This document shows, piece by piece, positions 1 to 8,804 of a stretch of DNA of 64,000 nucleotides. The stretch spans positions 1,262 through 65,261 of the forward strand of contig CAZPER010000007.1 in NCBI GenBank assembly GCA_964585655.1, written 5' to 3'. The stretch is from an uncultured Gemmatimonadaceae bacterium. GTDB taxonomy: Bacteria > Gemmatimonadota > Gemmatimonadetes > Gemmatimonadales > GWC2-71-9. Position 1 is the stretch's first letter. Every line of letters starts with the position of its first letter. The position numbers and the translations under genes are program-made. Under the pieces are notes generated by a model. That model did no database searches. It worked only from the letters and a program-made list of their open reading frames with translations, and was not told the origin of the DNA.

Positions 1-1
1 C

Positions 2-1417
2 GCCTCGGTTGCGCGGCTCCGCCTCGTCACGTCGGAGGAGGATGGCGACGCGACCGAGATCGAGGTGAATGGCGGCCGGGTGGACCAGGTCGGCGTGGCG
101 GCGCGCCAGCGGGGCACCACCGTGACGGTGCGGAGCCTGTTCTACAACACCCCCGCCCGGCGCAAGTTTCTCCGCTCGGCCTCGAGCGAGTCGCGAGCCT
201 GCTGGGATGCCGTGGCGACGCTCGCGCTGGCGCACCCGGAGGTGGGCTTCGAGCTGCTGTTCGACGGCCGCCCCCGCCTGCTCGTGACCCCCGGCCAGTC
301 GGCGCAGGAGCGGCTGGAGGCGGTCTGGGGGCCGGACCTGGCCCGGACCCTGGTGCCGGTGCGCTACGCCGTCGGCGGCTTCCAGGTGCGCGGATTCATC
401 CAGCGGCCCGCCGATGCCCAGCCCACCGGACGCCGCACCCAGCTCTTCATCAACGGGCGCCCCTTCCGCGACAACTTCCTGGTCCGCGCCGCGGAGGCAG
501 GCTATCGCTCCGCCATCCACCCTGGCGATCGCCCGTCCCTTTTCCTCGAGATCGAGACCGACAACGCGGACGTGGACGTGAATGTCCATCCCGCCAAGCT
601 CGAGGTCCGCTTCCGCGACCGCATCGGCGCGGAGCGCGCCATGGAAGAATCGGTGCGGGATGCCCTCGGCCGGCTCGAGGCCGCCGCGGTGGTGAGCGCC
701 CCCGGGCGCCGCGAGTGGGCCCCGGCGCCGGTCGGCGGGGACGGCGCAGCGCTGCTGGACGCCCCGGAGCTCTTCGCACCCGCTGAACCAGCGGACGTCG
801 GCGAGGAGGACGAAGGAACCCCGGGCGGTCCCGCCGGCGCGGCATGGGAGCTTGGGCCAGTGACCCAGCTCTTCAACACCTACCTGGTCTATGAGACGAC
901 GGACGGACTGGTGTTTGTGGACCAGCACTCCGCGCATGAGCGGGTGCTGTACGAGCAGGTGCTGGACCGGCTTACCAGCGGTGGGCTCCCGGGCCAGCGG
1001 CTCCTCCTCCCCACAACCCTGGACCTCACCGACGAGGAGCTGGAAGTGGTGGAGCAGTATGGTGAGGTCCTGGGTCGCGTTGGCTACGAGGTGGAGCCGT
1101 TCGGGGGGCGGACGGTGGCGCTGCACGCGGTGCCGACCCCGCACCCCAGGTTCGACGCCACCCGCTGTTTCCAGGAACTGGTGGCGGACCTGGCCCGCGG
1201 CCGCTTCGGCGGCTGGGCCAACCGGCTGGAGCGGTTCGCCGCCACCTACGCCTGTCGCGCGGCGGTGAAGGGCGGCGATGCCCTCGAGGAGCGGGAGCGC
1301 CGGGAATTGCTGGCCCGGCTCTTCGCCTGCGCCCTCTCACCCCACGACGTGCACGGCCGCGCGACGATCGTGCAGCTGCCCCGGGAGGAGCTGGAGCGCC
1401 GGTTTGGCCGGCGCTAG
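2..1417 (+). CDS. mutL: DNA mismatch repair endonuclease MutL (5' truncated by window)
   Basis: GTTVTVRSLFYNTPARRKFL, VDVNVHPAKLEVRF, endonuclease motif DQHSAHERVLYE, ACRAAVK; frame open from window start. Confidence 0.97.
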   Translation, partial: ASVARLRLVTSEEDGDATEIEVNGGRVDQVGVAARQRGTTVTVRSLFYNTPARRKFLRSASSESRACWDAVATLALAHPEVGFELLFDGRPRLLVTPGQSAQERLEAVWGPDLARTLVPVRYAVGGFQVRGFIQRPADAQPTGRRTQLFINGRPFRDNFLVRAAEAGYRSAIHPGDRPSLFLEIETDNADVDVNVHPAKLEVRFRDRIGAERAMEESVRDALGRLEAAAVVSAPGRREWAPAPVGGDGAALLDAPELFAPAEPADVGEEDEGTPGGPAGAAWELGPVTQLFNTYLVYETTDGLVFVDQHSAHERVLYEQVLDRLTSGGLPGQRLLLPTTLDLTDEELEVVEQYGEVLGRVGYEVEPFGGRTVALHAVPTPHPRFDATRCFQELVADLARGRFGGWANRLERFAATYACRAAVKGGDALEERERRELLARLFACALSPHDVHGRATIVQLPREELERRFGRR

Positions 1418-2327
1418 CACCCCCGTCCTCCTCGGCCCCACCGGCATCGGCAAGACGGCCGTCGCCTATGCCCTGCAGGCGCACTGGCCGCTGGAAGTCA
1501 TCTCGGCCGACTCCCGCCAGGTCTACCGCGGCCTCGACATCGGCACCGCCAAGCCCCCCGCCCGTTGGCTCGCCCGGCTGCCCCATCATGGAATCGATCT
1601 CGTCCGGCCCGGCGAACGCTACAGCGCCGGCCGATTCGCCGCGGATGCCCCGGGGTGGATCGCCGCCGTGCGCGCGCGCGACCGGTTGCCGGTGGTGGTG
1701 GGCGGCACCGGCCTCTACGTGCGGGCGCTGGCGGATGGGCTCTTCGCCGAGCCGCCGCTCGATGCGCTCCGGCGCCGCGACCTCGAGCGCTGGACCCGCG
1801 CCCTCGAGCCGATCGACCTGGTGCGCTGGGCCGCCCGGCTCGATCCCGGCTTCCGGGGCGGCGGCCGGCAGCGCGCGGTACGCGCCATCGAGGTGGCGTT
1901 GCTCACCGGCCAGCCGCTCAGCCACTGGCAGGCCCACGCCCGGGCCCAGGGGGTGATTGCGCCCTGGTACGTGGTGCTGACGGCACCCCGCCCGGTGCTG
2001 CACCAGCGGATCCTGGTGCGGGCGGAAGAAATGGTCCGCCGCGGCATGATCGAGGAAGTGGCGGCGGTGCTCGCCGAGGGACTCCCCGCCGGCGCGCCGG
2101 GGCTCGACGCCATCGGGCCCCGCGAGGCCGTGGAGTACCTGCATGGCCAGCGGCCGCGTGACAGCGTCGCCGGTGCGGTGGCCATCGCCAGCCGCCAGTA
2201 CGCCAAGCGCCAGGAGACCTGGTTCCGGCACCAGCTGGAGGGGCCGGTCCTCACCCTCGACGCCACCCGCCCGCCGGAGGAGCTCGCGGCGGAGATCGCG
2301 GCCCGCTGGGCGGAGCGCCCGGGGTGA
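1404..2327 (+). CDS. miaA: tRNA dimethylallyltransferase
   Basis: GPTGIGKT P-loop, ISADSRQVYRGLDIGTAKP, VGGTGLY, YAKRQETWFR; likely TTG start at 1404 with GGAG at 1393-1396; classic mutL-miaA order. Confidence 0.96.
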   Translation: MAGASTPVLLGPTGIGKTAVAYALQAHWPLEVISADSRQVYRGLDIGTAKPPARWLARLPHHGIDLVRPGERYSAGRFAADAPGWIAAVRARDRLPVVVGGTGLYVRALADGLFAEPPLDALRRRDLERWTRALEPIDLVRWAARLDPGFRGGGRQRAVRAIEVALLTGQPLSHWQAHARAQGVIAPWYVVLTAPRPVLHQRILVRAEEMVRRGMIEEVAAVLAEGLPAGAPGLDAIGPREAVEYLHGQRPRDSVAGAVAIASRQYAKRQETWFRHQLEGPVLTLDATRPPEELAAEIAARWAERPG

Positions 2328-2839
2328 CATTACCTTCCCCCGCCATGGACCTCCGAGCCGAACTCGCCGACGCGGCCCAGACCGGGAATACCGCCCGGCT
2401 CCAGGAACTGCTGGATCACAACCGCGACTTCGCGACCATGCCGGACCTGGCGGGCTGTACCCCGCTGCACTACACCGCCTGGTTCGGGCACCTCGACGCC
2501 GCGCGCTACCTGCTCTCCATCAAGGCGGACGTTGCCGCGATCTCGATGGACCCCCTGCGCAACCAGCCGCTCCACGCCGCCGCCACCGCGGGCCACGCGG
2601 CCATCGTGGAACTGCTGCTCGATGCCGGCGCCGATCCGAACGCGGAGCAGAGCGGCCAGTGGACCGCGCTCCACGGCGCGGCGGAAAAGGGCCACGCCGC
2701 GGTGGTGCGGCTGCTGCTGGAGCGTGGCGCAGCGCCCGCGCGGCGGAGCTATTCCGGCGCCACGCCGCTCGCGCTGGCGCGCGAGCGCGGCCACGCCGAG
2801 GTGACCGCGCTGCTCCAGGCGCGAGGCGTCGATGCCTGA
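2324..2839 (+). CDS. Ankyrin repeat protein (about 4 repeats; alternative ATG start 2345)
   Basis: Repeated TPLH/QPLH/TALH/TPL..A...GH ankyrin consensus, LLDAGADPN. Confidence 0.9.
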   Translation: MTLPSPAMDLRAELADAAQTGNTARLQELLDHNRDFATMPDLAGCTPLHYTAWFGHLDAARYLLSIKADVAAISMDPLRNQPLHAAATAGHAAIVELLLDAGADPNAEQSGQWTALHGAAEKGHAAVVRLLLERGAAPARRSYSGATPLALARERGHAEVTALLQARGVDA

Positions 2840-3974
2840 GCTCCGTCCCTTGCGTATCGGCATCACCTGCTACCCGACCTACGGCGGCTCCGGCGCGCTG
2901 GCCACCGAGCTTGGGCTCGCGCTCGCGCGCCGGGGGCACGAGGTCCATTTCATCTCCTACGCCTCGCCCTTCCGGCTGCGCGGCTTCGCCGAGCGGGTGT
3001 TCTTCCACGAGGTGGACACCTCGATCTCGCACTACCCGCTCTTCGATCACTTCCCCTACACCCTGGCCCTGGCCTCCAAGCAGTACGAGGTGGCGCGGCG
3101 GGAAGAGCTGGACATCCTCCACGTGCACTACGCCATCCCCCACGCCACTACGGCGTGGATGGCGCGCGAGATGCTGGCCGGCGAACGCCGGGTCCGGGTG
3201 GTCACCACGCTGCACGGCACCGACATCACGCTGGTGGGGCAGGAGTCGAGCTTCTACCAGATCACCAAGTTCTCGATCGAGCGCTCCGACCAGGTGACCG
3301 CGGTCTCCAACTTCCTCCGGGATGAGACCTATCGCACCTTCGGCTGCGTCAGCTGCAACGTGGTGACGATCCCCAACTTCGTGAATCTCGAGGAGTACCG
3401 CCCCGACCCCGCGGCCCGGCGGAACGCCCTCGCCCCCGCCGGCCACAAGGTGATCGCGCACATCTCCAACTTCCGCGAGGTGAAGCGGGTGCGGGACGTG
3501 GTCCGGATCTTCGCCCGGATCCGGAAGGCGATGGGCGCCACCCTCGTGATGGTCGGCGATGGCCCCGATCGCGGGGACGCCGAGCGCGAAGCCGAGCAGC
3601 TCGGGGTGGCGGAGGACGTCCGGTTCCTCGGGCGGCTGGACCGCGTCGCCACCATCCTCCAGGCCAGCGATCTCTTCCTGCTCCCCTCCCAGACCGAGTC
3701 CTTCGGGCTCGCGGCGCTGGAGGCGATGGCCTGCGGGGCGCCCGCGGTCGCGAGCCGGGCAGGGGGCCTTCCCGAGGTGATCGACGACGGCGTCTCCGGC
3801 ATCCTCGAGCCGCCCGGCTCAGTGGAGGCGATGGGCCGCCGCACCATCGACCTGCTGCTCGACCCCGCCCGGCTCGCGGCCATGCGGGAGGCGGCCATCG
3901 CCAAGGCGGGGACCTTCTCCGCCGACCGCGTCGTCCCCATGTACGAGGCGCTGTACGCGGAGGGAATGGGGTGA
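2832..3974 (+). CDS. bshA: N-acetyl-alpha-D-glucosaminyl L-malate synthase (bacillithiol biosynthesis, GT4)
   Basis: IGITCYPTYGGSG, LHVHYAIPHA, TTLHGTDITLVG, HISNFREVKRV, ESFGLAALEAMACG. Confidence 0.93.
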   Translation: MPELRPLRIGITCYPTYGGSGALATELGLALARRGHEVHFISYASPFRLRGFAERVFFHEVDTSISHYPLFDHFPYTLALASKQYEVARREELDILHVHYAIPHATTAWMAREMLAGERRVRVVTTLHGTDITLVGQESSFYQITKFSIERSDQVTAVSNFLRDETYRTFGCVSCNVVTIPNFVNLEEYRPDPAARRNALAPAGHKVIAHISNFREVKRVRDVVRIFARIRKAMGATLVMVGDGPDRGDAEREAEQLGVAEDVRFLGRLDRVATILQASDLFLLPSQTESFGLAALEAMACGAPAVASRAGGLPEVIDDGVSGILEPPGSVEAMGRRTIDLLLDPARLAAMREAAIAKAGTFSADRVVPMYEALYAEGMG

Positions 3975-4789
3975 CGCCCGCGGAATGGCTCGCGGCCGGC
4001 GTCCTCGGCCTGGTTGAAGGCGTCACCGAATTCCTCCCCGTCTCCTCCACCGGCCACCTCATCGTCGCCGGCGACTGGCTCGGCTTCACCGGGCCCCGCG
4101 CCAAGACCTTCGAGATCTTCATCCAGCTCGGCGCCATCTGCGCCATCGCCCTGATCTACCGCGACCGCTTTCTCGGAGCGGCCCGGAGCCTCGGGCGGGA
4201 GCCGGCGAGCCGACGCTTCGTGACCAACCTGGCCCTCGGGTTCCTGCCGGCGGCGGCGGTCGGGTTCCTGATCCACGGGTGGATCAAGCAGCACCTGTTC
4301 ACCCCCGGCGTGGTGGCCTGGGCGTTCATCGCCGGCGGGCTGGTGATGCTGGTCATCGAGCGCTGGAAGCCCCCCACGCGCATCGCGGACGCCGCGGACA
4401 TCACGCCGGGGATCGCGTTCGGCGTCGGCCTGGCCCAGATGCTGGCGCTGGTGCCCGGGGTCTCCCGCTCCGGCGCCACGATCATGGGAGGCTACGCGCT
4501 CGGGCTCTCGCGCACCGCCGCGACCGAGTTCTCCTTCTTCCTGGCGGTCCCGGTCATCGCCGCGGCGGCGGGGTATGACCTGCTCAAGAGCCTGGACGTC
4601 CTGACCCGGGCAGACACCGCCTTCTTCGCCGCCGGCTTCCTGGTGGCCTTCGTCTCGGCGTTCATCGTGGTGAAGGCCTTCCTGCGCTACGTCGCCCACC
4701 ACAGTTTCGTGGTCTTCGCCTGGTACCGGATCGGTTTCGGCGCGTTCCTCCTGTGGCTGGCGGCCCGGCACGGCCCCGCGGTCCTCTGA
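3971..4789 (+). CDS. uppP: Undecaprenyl-diphosphatase (BacA)
   Basis: VEGVTEFLPVSSTGHL, IQLGAI, PGVSRSGATI, ATEFSFFLAVP. Confidence 0.96.
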   Translation: MTPAEWLAAGVLGLVEGVTEFLPVSSTGHLIVAGDWLGFTGPRAKTFEIFIQLGAICAIALIYRDRFLGAARSLGREPASRRFVTNLALGFLPAAAVGFLIHGWIKQHLFTPGVVAWAFIAGGLVMLVIERWKPPTRIADAADITPGIAFGVGLAQMLALVPGVSRSGATIMGGYALGLSRTAATEFSFFLAVPVIAAAAGYDLLKSLDVLTRADTAFFAAGFLVAFVSAFIVVKAFLRYVAHHSFVVFAWYRIGFGAFLLWLAARHGPAVL

Positions 4790-4792
4790 CCG

Positions 4793-5539
4793 ATGCCCTT
4801 GCTGCCGCCGATGCGCCTCGAGAGCGTCCCGACCACCCAGGACGTGATTCATGAGCTCGCCGAGGGCGGCGCTCCCGCCGGCACCGCCGTCGTGGCTCGG
4901 AGCCAGACTGGCGGCCGCGGCAGCCGAGGGCGCCAGTGGAGCGCGCCGGTGGGAGGGCTCTGGCTGAGCGTGCTCTGCCGGCCGGAGGGAGAGGCCGCGA
5001 TCGCCGTGCTCAGCCTCAGGGTGGGGTTGGCCGTCGCCGCAGTGCTGGAGCAGGACCGTCCCGGGGTACAGGTGCGGCTCAAGTGGCCCAATGACCTCCT
5101 GCTGGCCGACCGCAAGCTGGGCGGCGTGCTGTGCGAGGCGCGGTGGCAGGGCGGGGCCCCGGCCTGGGTCGCGGTCGGGATCGGGATCAACGTCGCCAAC
5201 CGGCTCCCGCTGGAGCTCGGCCTGGCGGCCATTGCGCTCGGCGAGGTGGTTCCGGAGATCGTGCCCGGGGCCATCGAGGCCGGCGTCCTGGCGGCCGTCC
5301 GGGCCGCCGGCTCGGCGGGTGGAGGACTCACCCGGATGGAGCTGGCGGAGTACTCCGCCCGAGACTGGCTGCTGGGGCGCGCGTTGCGGATGCCGCTCGC
5401 CGGCATCGCCGCCGGCCTCGCGCCCGACGGCTCCCTGCTGGTCCGCAGGCACGATGGCCGGACCGAACCGGTGCGCTCCGGCTCGGTCGAACTGGCCGAT
5501 GGCGCCGCCCGCCCCGGACGCGTCGCCCCGCCGACGTGA
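4793..5539 (+). CDS. birA: Biotin--acetyl-CoA-carboxylase ligase (no N-terminal HTH, group I type)
   Basis: QTGGRGSRGRQW, LKWPNDL, KLGGVLCE, GIGINV. Confidence 0.93.
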   Translation: MPLLPPMRLESVPTTQDVIHELAEGGAPAGTAVVARSQTGGRGSRGRQWSAPVGGLWLSVLCRPEGEAAIAVLSLRVGLAVAAVLEQDRPGVQVRLKWPNDLLLADRKLGGVLCEARWQGGAPAWVAVGIGINVANRLPLELGLAAIALGEVVPEIVPGAIEAGVLAAVRAAGSAGGGLTRMELAEYSARDWLLGRALRMPLAGIAAGLAPDGSLLVRRHDGRTEPVRSGSVELADGAARPGRVAPPT

Positions 5540-5579
5540 TGCCTTGAGCCCGGCCCGACTCCCGCTACCTTGGTGAGCC

Positions 5580-6359
5580 ATGCTGCTGACGCTGGACGTG
5601 GGCAACACCGAGATCACGGTCGGGCTGTTCCAGGGCACGGACCTCTCCGGCCACTGGCGGCTGACGACCAATCCCGACCGCACCCCCGATGAATGGGGCA
5701 CGGCACTCGGGGTCTTCCTCCTGCACGCCGGGCACTCGCCCAATGAGATCCGCGCCGGCGTGATCGGGTCGGTCGCCCCGGGGGTGACCCAGAGCCTGGT
5801 GGAGGCGGTGCAGGCCCTGACCGGGTCCCCGGTCACGGTGGTGGATGCCACCTCGCCGCTGCCCATCCGGCTGGATGTGGACGAACCGCTCAGCGTCGGC
5901 GCCGACCGGATCATCAATACCCTCGCCGCGGTGGAACGGTACCGGGCGGACACCGTCGTGGTGGATTTCGGTACCGCCACCACCTTCGACTGCATCACCG
6001 CGGACGGCCGCTTCATCGGCGGGGTGATCATGCCGGGCCTCCGGACCTCCGCCGACCACCTGACCCGGCGTGCGGCGAAGCTCCCCGCCACCGAGCTCCG
6101 GCCCCCGGAGCGGGTGATCGGGCGGCGCACCGAGGAGTGCATCCGCGCCGGCGTCCTCCTCGGCGCCGCCGACGCGGTGGACGGACTGGTCCGCCGCATC
6201 GTGGCCGAATGGCCCACGCCGACACGGCCGCGCATCGTGGCCACCGGCGGGCTCGCCACCACCATCGTCCCCCTCACCACCACAATCGACCTGGTCGATC
6301 CCGACCTGACCCTGCACGGCCTCCGGATTGCCGCCGGTCACCTCGGGGTCCGCTGGTAG
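5580..6359 (+). CDS. coaX: Type III pantothenate kinase
   Basis: LDVGNTEI, VGADR, VVDFGTATTFD, GGVIMPG, VATGG. Confidence 0.96.
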   Translation: MLLTLDVGNTEITVGLFQGTDLSGHWRLTTNPDRTPDEWGTALGVFLLHAGHSPNEIRAGVIGSVAPGVTQSLVEAVQALTGSPVTVVDATSPLPIRLDVDEPLSVGADRIINTLAAVERYRADTVVVDFGTATTFDCITADGRFIGGVIMPGLRTSADHLTRRAAKLPATELRPPERVIGRRTEECIRAGVLLGAADAVDGLVRRIVAEWPTPTRPRIVATGGLATTIVPLTTTIDLVDPDLTLHGLRIAAGHLGVRW

Positions 6360-6367
6360 GGCGGCGG

Positions 6368-6396
6368 TGGAGATCTGCCCACTCCGCCCTTATACT
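6368..6396 (+). promoter_or_regulatory. Putative sigma70-type promoter for the 6431-8729 unit
   Basis: TGGAGA (6368-6373), 17 nt, TATACT (6391-6396); GGAG at 6422-6425 before ATG 6431. Confidence 0.5.
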
Positions 6397-6430
6397 TCCC
6401 CCGACTTCACTCCCAGCCCCTGGAGCTTTC

Positions 6431-7060
6431 ATGAGTGCCGCGGTCCACGCCCAGAGTGGCGCCGACCACACCGATCTGCCCTACGTCCTCCGTGCCGCCG
6501 TGAAGCTTGGCGTGCTCGAGGCCGTCGCGGTCCTGGTGATCGGTCTCGCTTCCCGCTCTCTCGAGGGTGTCGCCGAGATGGCGCTGCTCGGCGTCCTGGT
6601 GACGGCCGCAATCCTCGCGGTGACCTTCCTGCCAGGGCTCTGGACCCGCGCGGCCACCATCGAAGGGATCGCGGGCGCCGCGGGGATCGGCCTCGCCGCG
6701 ACGGTCGTTTTCCTGGTCGTGGACGTGGTGGCCTTCCAGCCCTTCGGGTTGTACACCAACCGCTGGCGCGAGATCGGTGGCGGCAGCAACTGGTGGTATC
6801 ACCCGATCCTGTGGATGGTCGGTACCTACCTCCCCTGGCTCGGGGCCTGGATCCTCGCCAACCAGTCCGCGAAGAACGGCCAGCCCAGCCTGGCCGGCGG
6901 GGCGGTGCTCGCCATCGCCGCCAGCGCCGTCTGCATGGTCCTGGGCGTCCTGTTCCACGTGCCCGGCGCCGGCTGGAACGTCCCGACGTTTGGCGTCTCC
7001 TTCCTGCCGGGCCTGGCGGTGGCGACGGCGGTCTCCGGGCTCGGCGTGCGCCGGAAGTAG
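6431..7060 (+). CDS. Hypothetical integral membrane protein (about 6 TM helices)
   Basis: ATG with RBS, host-like codon usage, hydrophobic segments, conserved-looking loop YTNRWREIGGGSNWWYHPILWM. Confidence 0.8.
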   Translation: MSAAVHAQSGADHTDLPYVLRAAVKLGVLEAVAVLVIGLASRSLEGVAEMALLGVLVTAAILAVTFLPGLWTRAATIEGIAGAAGIGLAATVVFLVVDVVAFQPFGLYTNRWREIGGGSNWWYHPILWMVGTYLPWLGAWILANQSAKNGQPSLAGGAVLAIAASAVCMVLGVLFHVPGAGWNVPTFGVSFLPGLAVATAVSGLGVRRK

Positions 7061-7066
7061 CGGTGG

Positions 7067-7375
7067 ATGCGCTGGTCCGGCCTGCTGATCCGGATAGTTG
7101 GCTGGCTGCTCACGCCCCTCGTCGCGTGGGCAGCTTCGCTTTGGGGAGCCTGGATCATGCTGCGCCGGGTCGCCAGCTTCGACAACCCGAGGCATGCGCT
7201 GTACGCCGCCCTGGGCGCGGGGCTCTTCCTGGCCGTCCTCGCCATGCTGGCCTGGCTTGAGTTGCTGCGCCGGTCCCCCCGCCTGCGGCACTCGCTCCAC
7301 GTCGATCGCGAAGGTCTCCCGGTGCTCGAGGAGGCCGCTCCACCGCCATCCTCCACGCCGGAGGCCAAGCCATGA
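7067..7375 (+). CDS. Hypothetical 2-TM membrane protein
   Basis: Two hydrophobic helices; stop overlaps next ATG (ATGA). Confidence 0.7.
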   Translation: MRWSGLLIRIVGWLLTPLVAWAASLWGAWIMLRRVASFDNPRHALYAALGAGLFLAVLAMLAWLELLRRSPRLRHSLHVDREGLPVLEEAAPPPSSTPEAKP

Positions 7376-7770
7376 CTCGCACCCCCCTCGCCTCCCTGGC
7401 CCTGGTTGCCGCCATGCTCGCCTGCGGCGGTGGCCGGTCGGACGCCGACACCGCGGACGCACCGCCCGAGGAGGAGGGGATGGTCTCGTCGAAACTGACC
7501 GACTCCCTGATCCTCCGCACCCGGGACGGATATGAGGTCTGGTTCAGCGGCAGCCGGCCCGCTCGCGACGATAACGGCCAGGTGTGCGTCGAACGGACCA
7601 TGCAGATCCGTCACGACACCACCCGGGTGAACATCCCGCTGCTCTACACCGGTGCCCCGCCGATCCTGGTGAACGACTCGACCATCGAGGCGGCCATCTG
7701 GCTGCATTGCCGGCCCGGGAACCTCTATCAGGTGAACCTCCGGACCGGGTTGCCGGTGCGGGTCCGTTGA
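7372..7770 (+). CDS. Hypothetical lipoprotein
   Basis: Signal peptide with lipobox MLAC; two further Cys; coupled to both neighbours. Confidence 0.75.
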   Translation: MTRTPLASLALVAAMLACGGGRSDADTADAPPEEEGMVSSKLTDSLILRTRDGYEVWFSGSRPARDDNGQVCVERTMQIRHDTTRVNIPLLYTGAPPILVNDSTIEAAIWLHCRPGNLYQVNLRTGLPVRVR

Positions 7771-8729
7771 GGCTCCGCTGCTGGCTCGCGGCCTGCCTCG
7801 CGGCCGCTCCGCTCTCGGCGCAGGGCCCGGGGTTCCAGCTCGGGCATCTCTTCACCGATCCAAGCGCCACCAGCTACCGCCTGGGTTCGAGTTTCACCCT
7901 GACCCCGCCAATCGGGGCCGCGGTGCATGGCGCGGTGGTGGATGGCCGGGGTTCCCTCGGCAACCTGTGGGGGATGGGCGTGGATCTGTCGCTCTTCCGG
8001 AGCGGGACCGCCGGGGCCTACCTCGTGGGCGGCGTGGAAGGGGGCTTCATCACCCGAGGGGACGAGACGTTCTGGACCGGCTGGGCCGCCGGCCTCGGCT
8101 ACGAGTTCTTTCCCTTCCGGGGACTCTCGCTCGCGGCCGAGGGCCGCTACCGCGAGATCAACGGCCGGTACGACGGGGTGGAACTCGGCGTGCGCCTCGG
8201 CCTCGACCGCGGCAGCCGCTCGTCGCGCCGCGCCACACCGTCGGCCGCCGCCCCGCTCTCCGTACCGGCCACCAACGCCGCACCCGAGGCCGAGGCGATC
8301 CGGGAGGATCTGGGCCGCGCCGGCGTCACCGAGGCGGACGGTCGGGTCCTCGGCGACGTGGTCCAGACCGCGCTCGACGTGATGGGGATGCCCTACCGGT
8401 GGGGAGACGAGGGAGAGGAGGGCTTCGACTGCTCGGGGCTCATCCAGTACGCCTTCGGCCGCCACGGGATCACGCTGCCGCGCCGGAGCGCGGACCAGGC
8501 CAGGACGGGGAGCCCGGTGTCGCGGGACCTCGCCTCACTGCGGGCCGGTGACGTCCTCACCTTCGCGAACAGCGGCACCCGGATCACGCATGTGGGGCTG
8601 TACCTCGGGAACGGGCGTTTCATTCACAGCGCCCGCGGCGGGGTGCAGATCAGCGTGCTGAGCGACGAGGATGTGTCGGGCCGCTGGTGGTTCCGGCGGT
8701 GGATCGGGGCCCGGCGCATCATCGGCTAG
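7767..8729 (+). CDS. NlpC/P60 (C40) cell-wall endopeptidase with predicted N-terminal outer-membrane beta-barrel domain
   Basis: TTG start in TTGA overlap, signal peptide, alternating aromatic/Gly strands, then PYRWG...GFDCSGL, THVGLY, FIHS (Cys-His-His triad). Confidence 0.88.
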   Translation: MRLRCWLAACLAAAPLSAQGPGFQLGHLFTDPSATSYRLGSSFTLTPPIGAAVHGAVVDGRGSLGNLWGMGVDLSLFRSGTAGAYLVGGVEGGFITRGDETFWTGWAAGLGYEFFPFRGLSLAAEGRYREINGRYDGVELGVRLGLDRGSRSSRRATPSAAAPLSVPATNAAPEAEAIREDLGRAGVTEADGRVLGDVVQTALDVMGMPYRWGDEGEEGFDCSGLIQYAFGRHGITLPRRSADQARTGSPVSRDLASLRAGDVLTFANSGTRITHVGLYLGNGRFIHSARGGVQISVLSDEDVSGRWWFRRWIGARRIIG

Positions 8730-8746
8730 GCCGCCGGGAACGCTTC

Positions 8747-8786
8747 ACGGGGGAGCGGGAGCCGACGCCGGCTCTCGCTCCCCCGT
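8747..8786. terminator. Strong hairpin between convergent genes (possibly bidirectional terminator)
   Basis: ACGGGGGAGCGGGAGCCG-ACGC-CGGCTCTCGCTCCCCCGT, 18 bp with one G-U; no long U tract. Confidence 0.65.
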
Positions 8787-8804
8787 CCTGTTTCCGGGCC
8801 CGGC

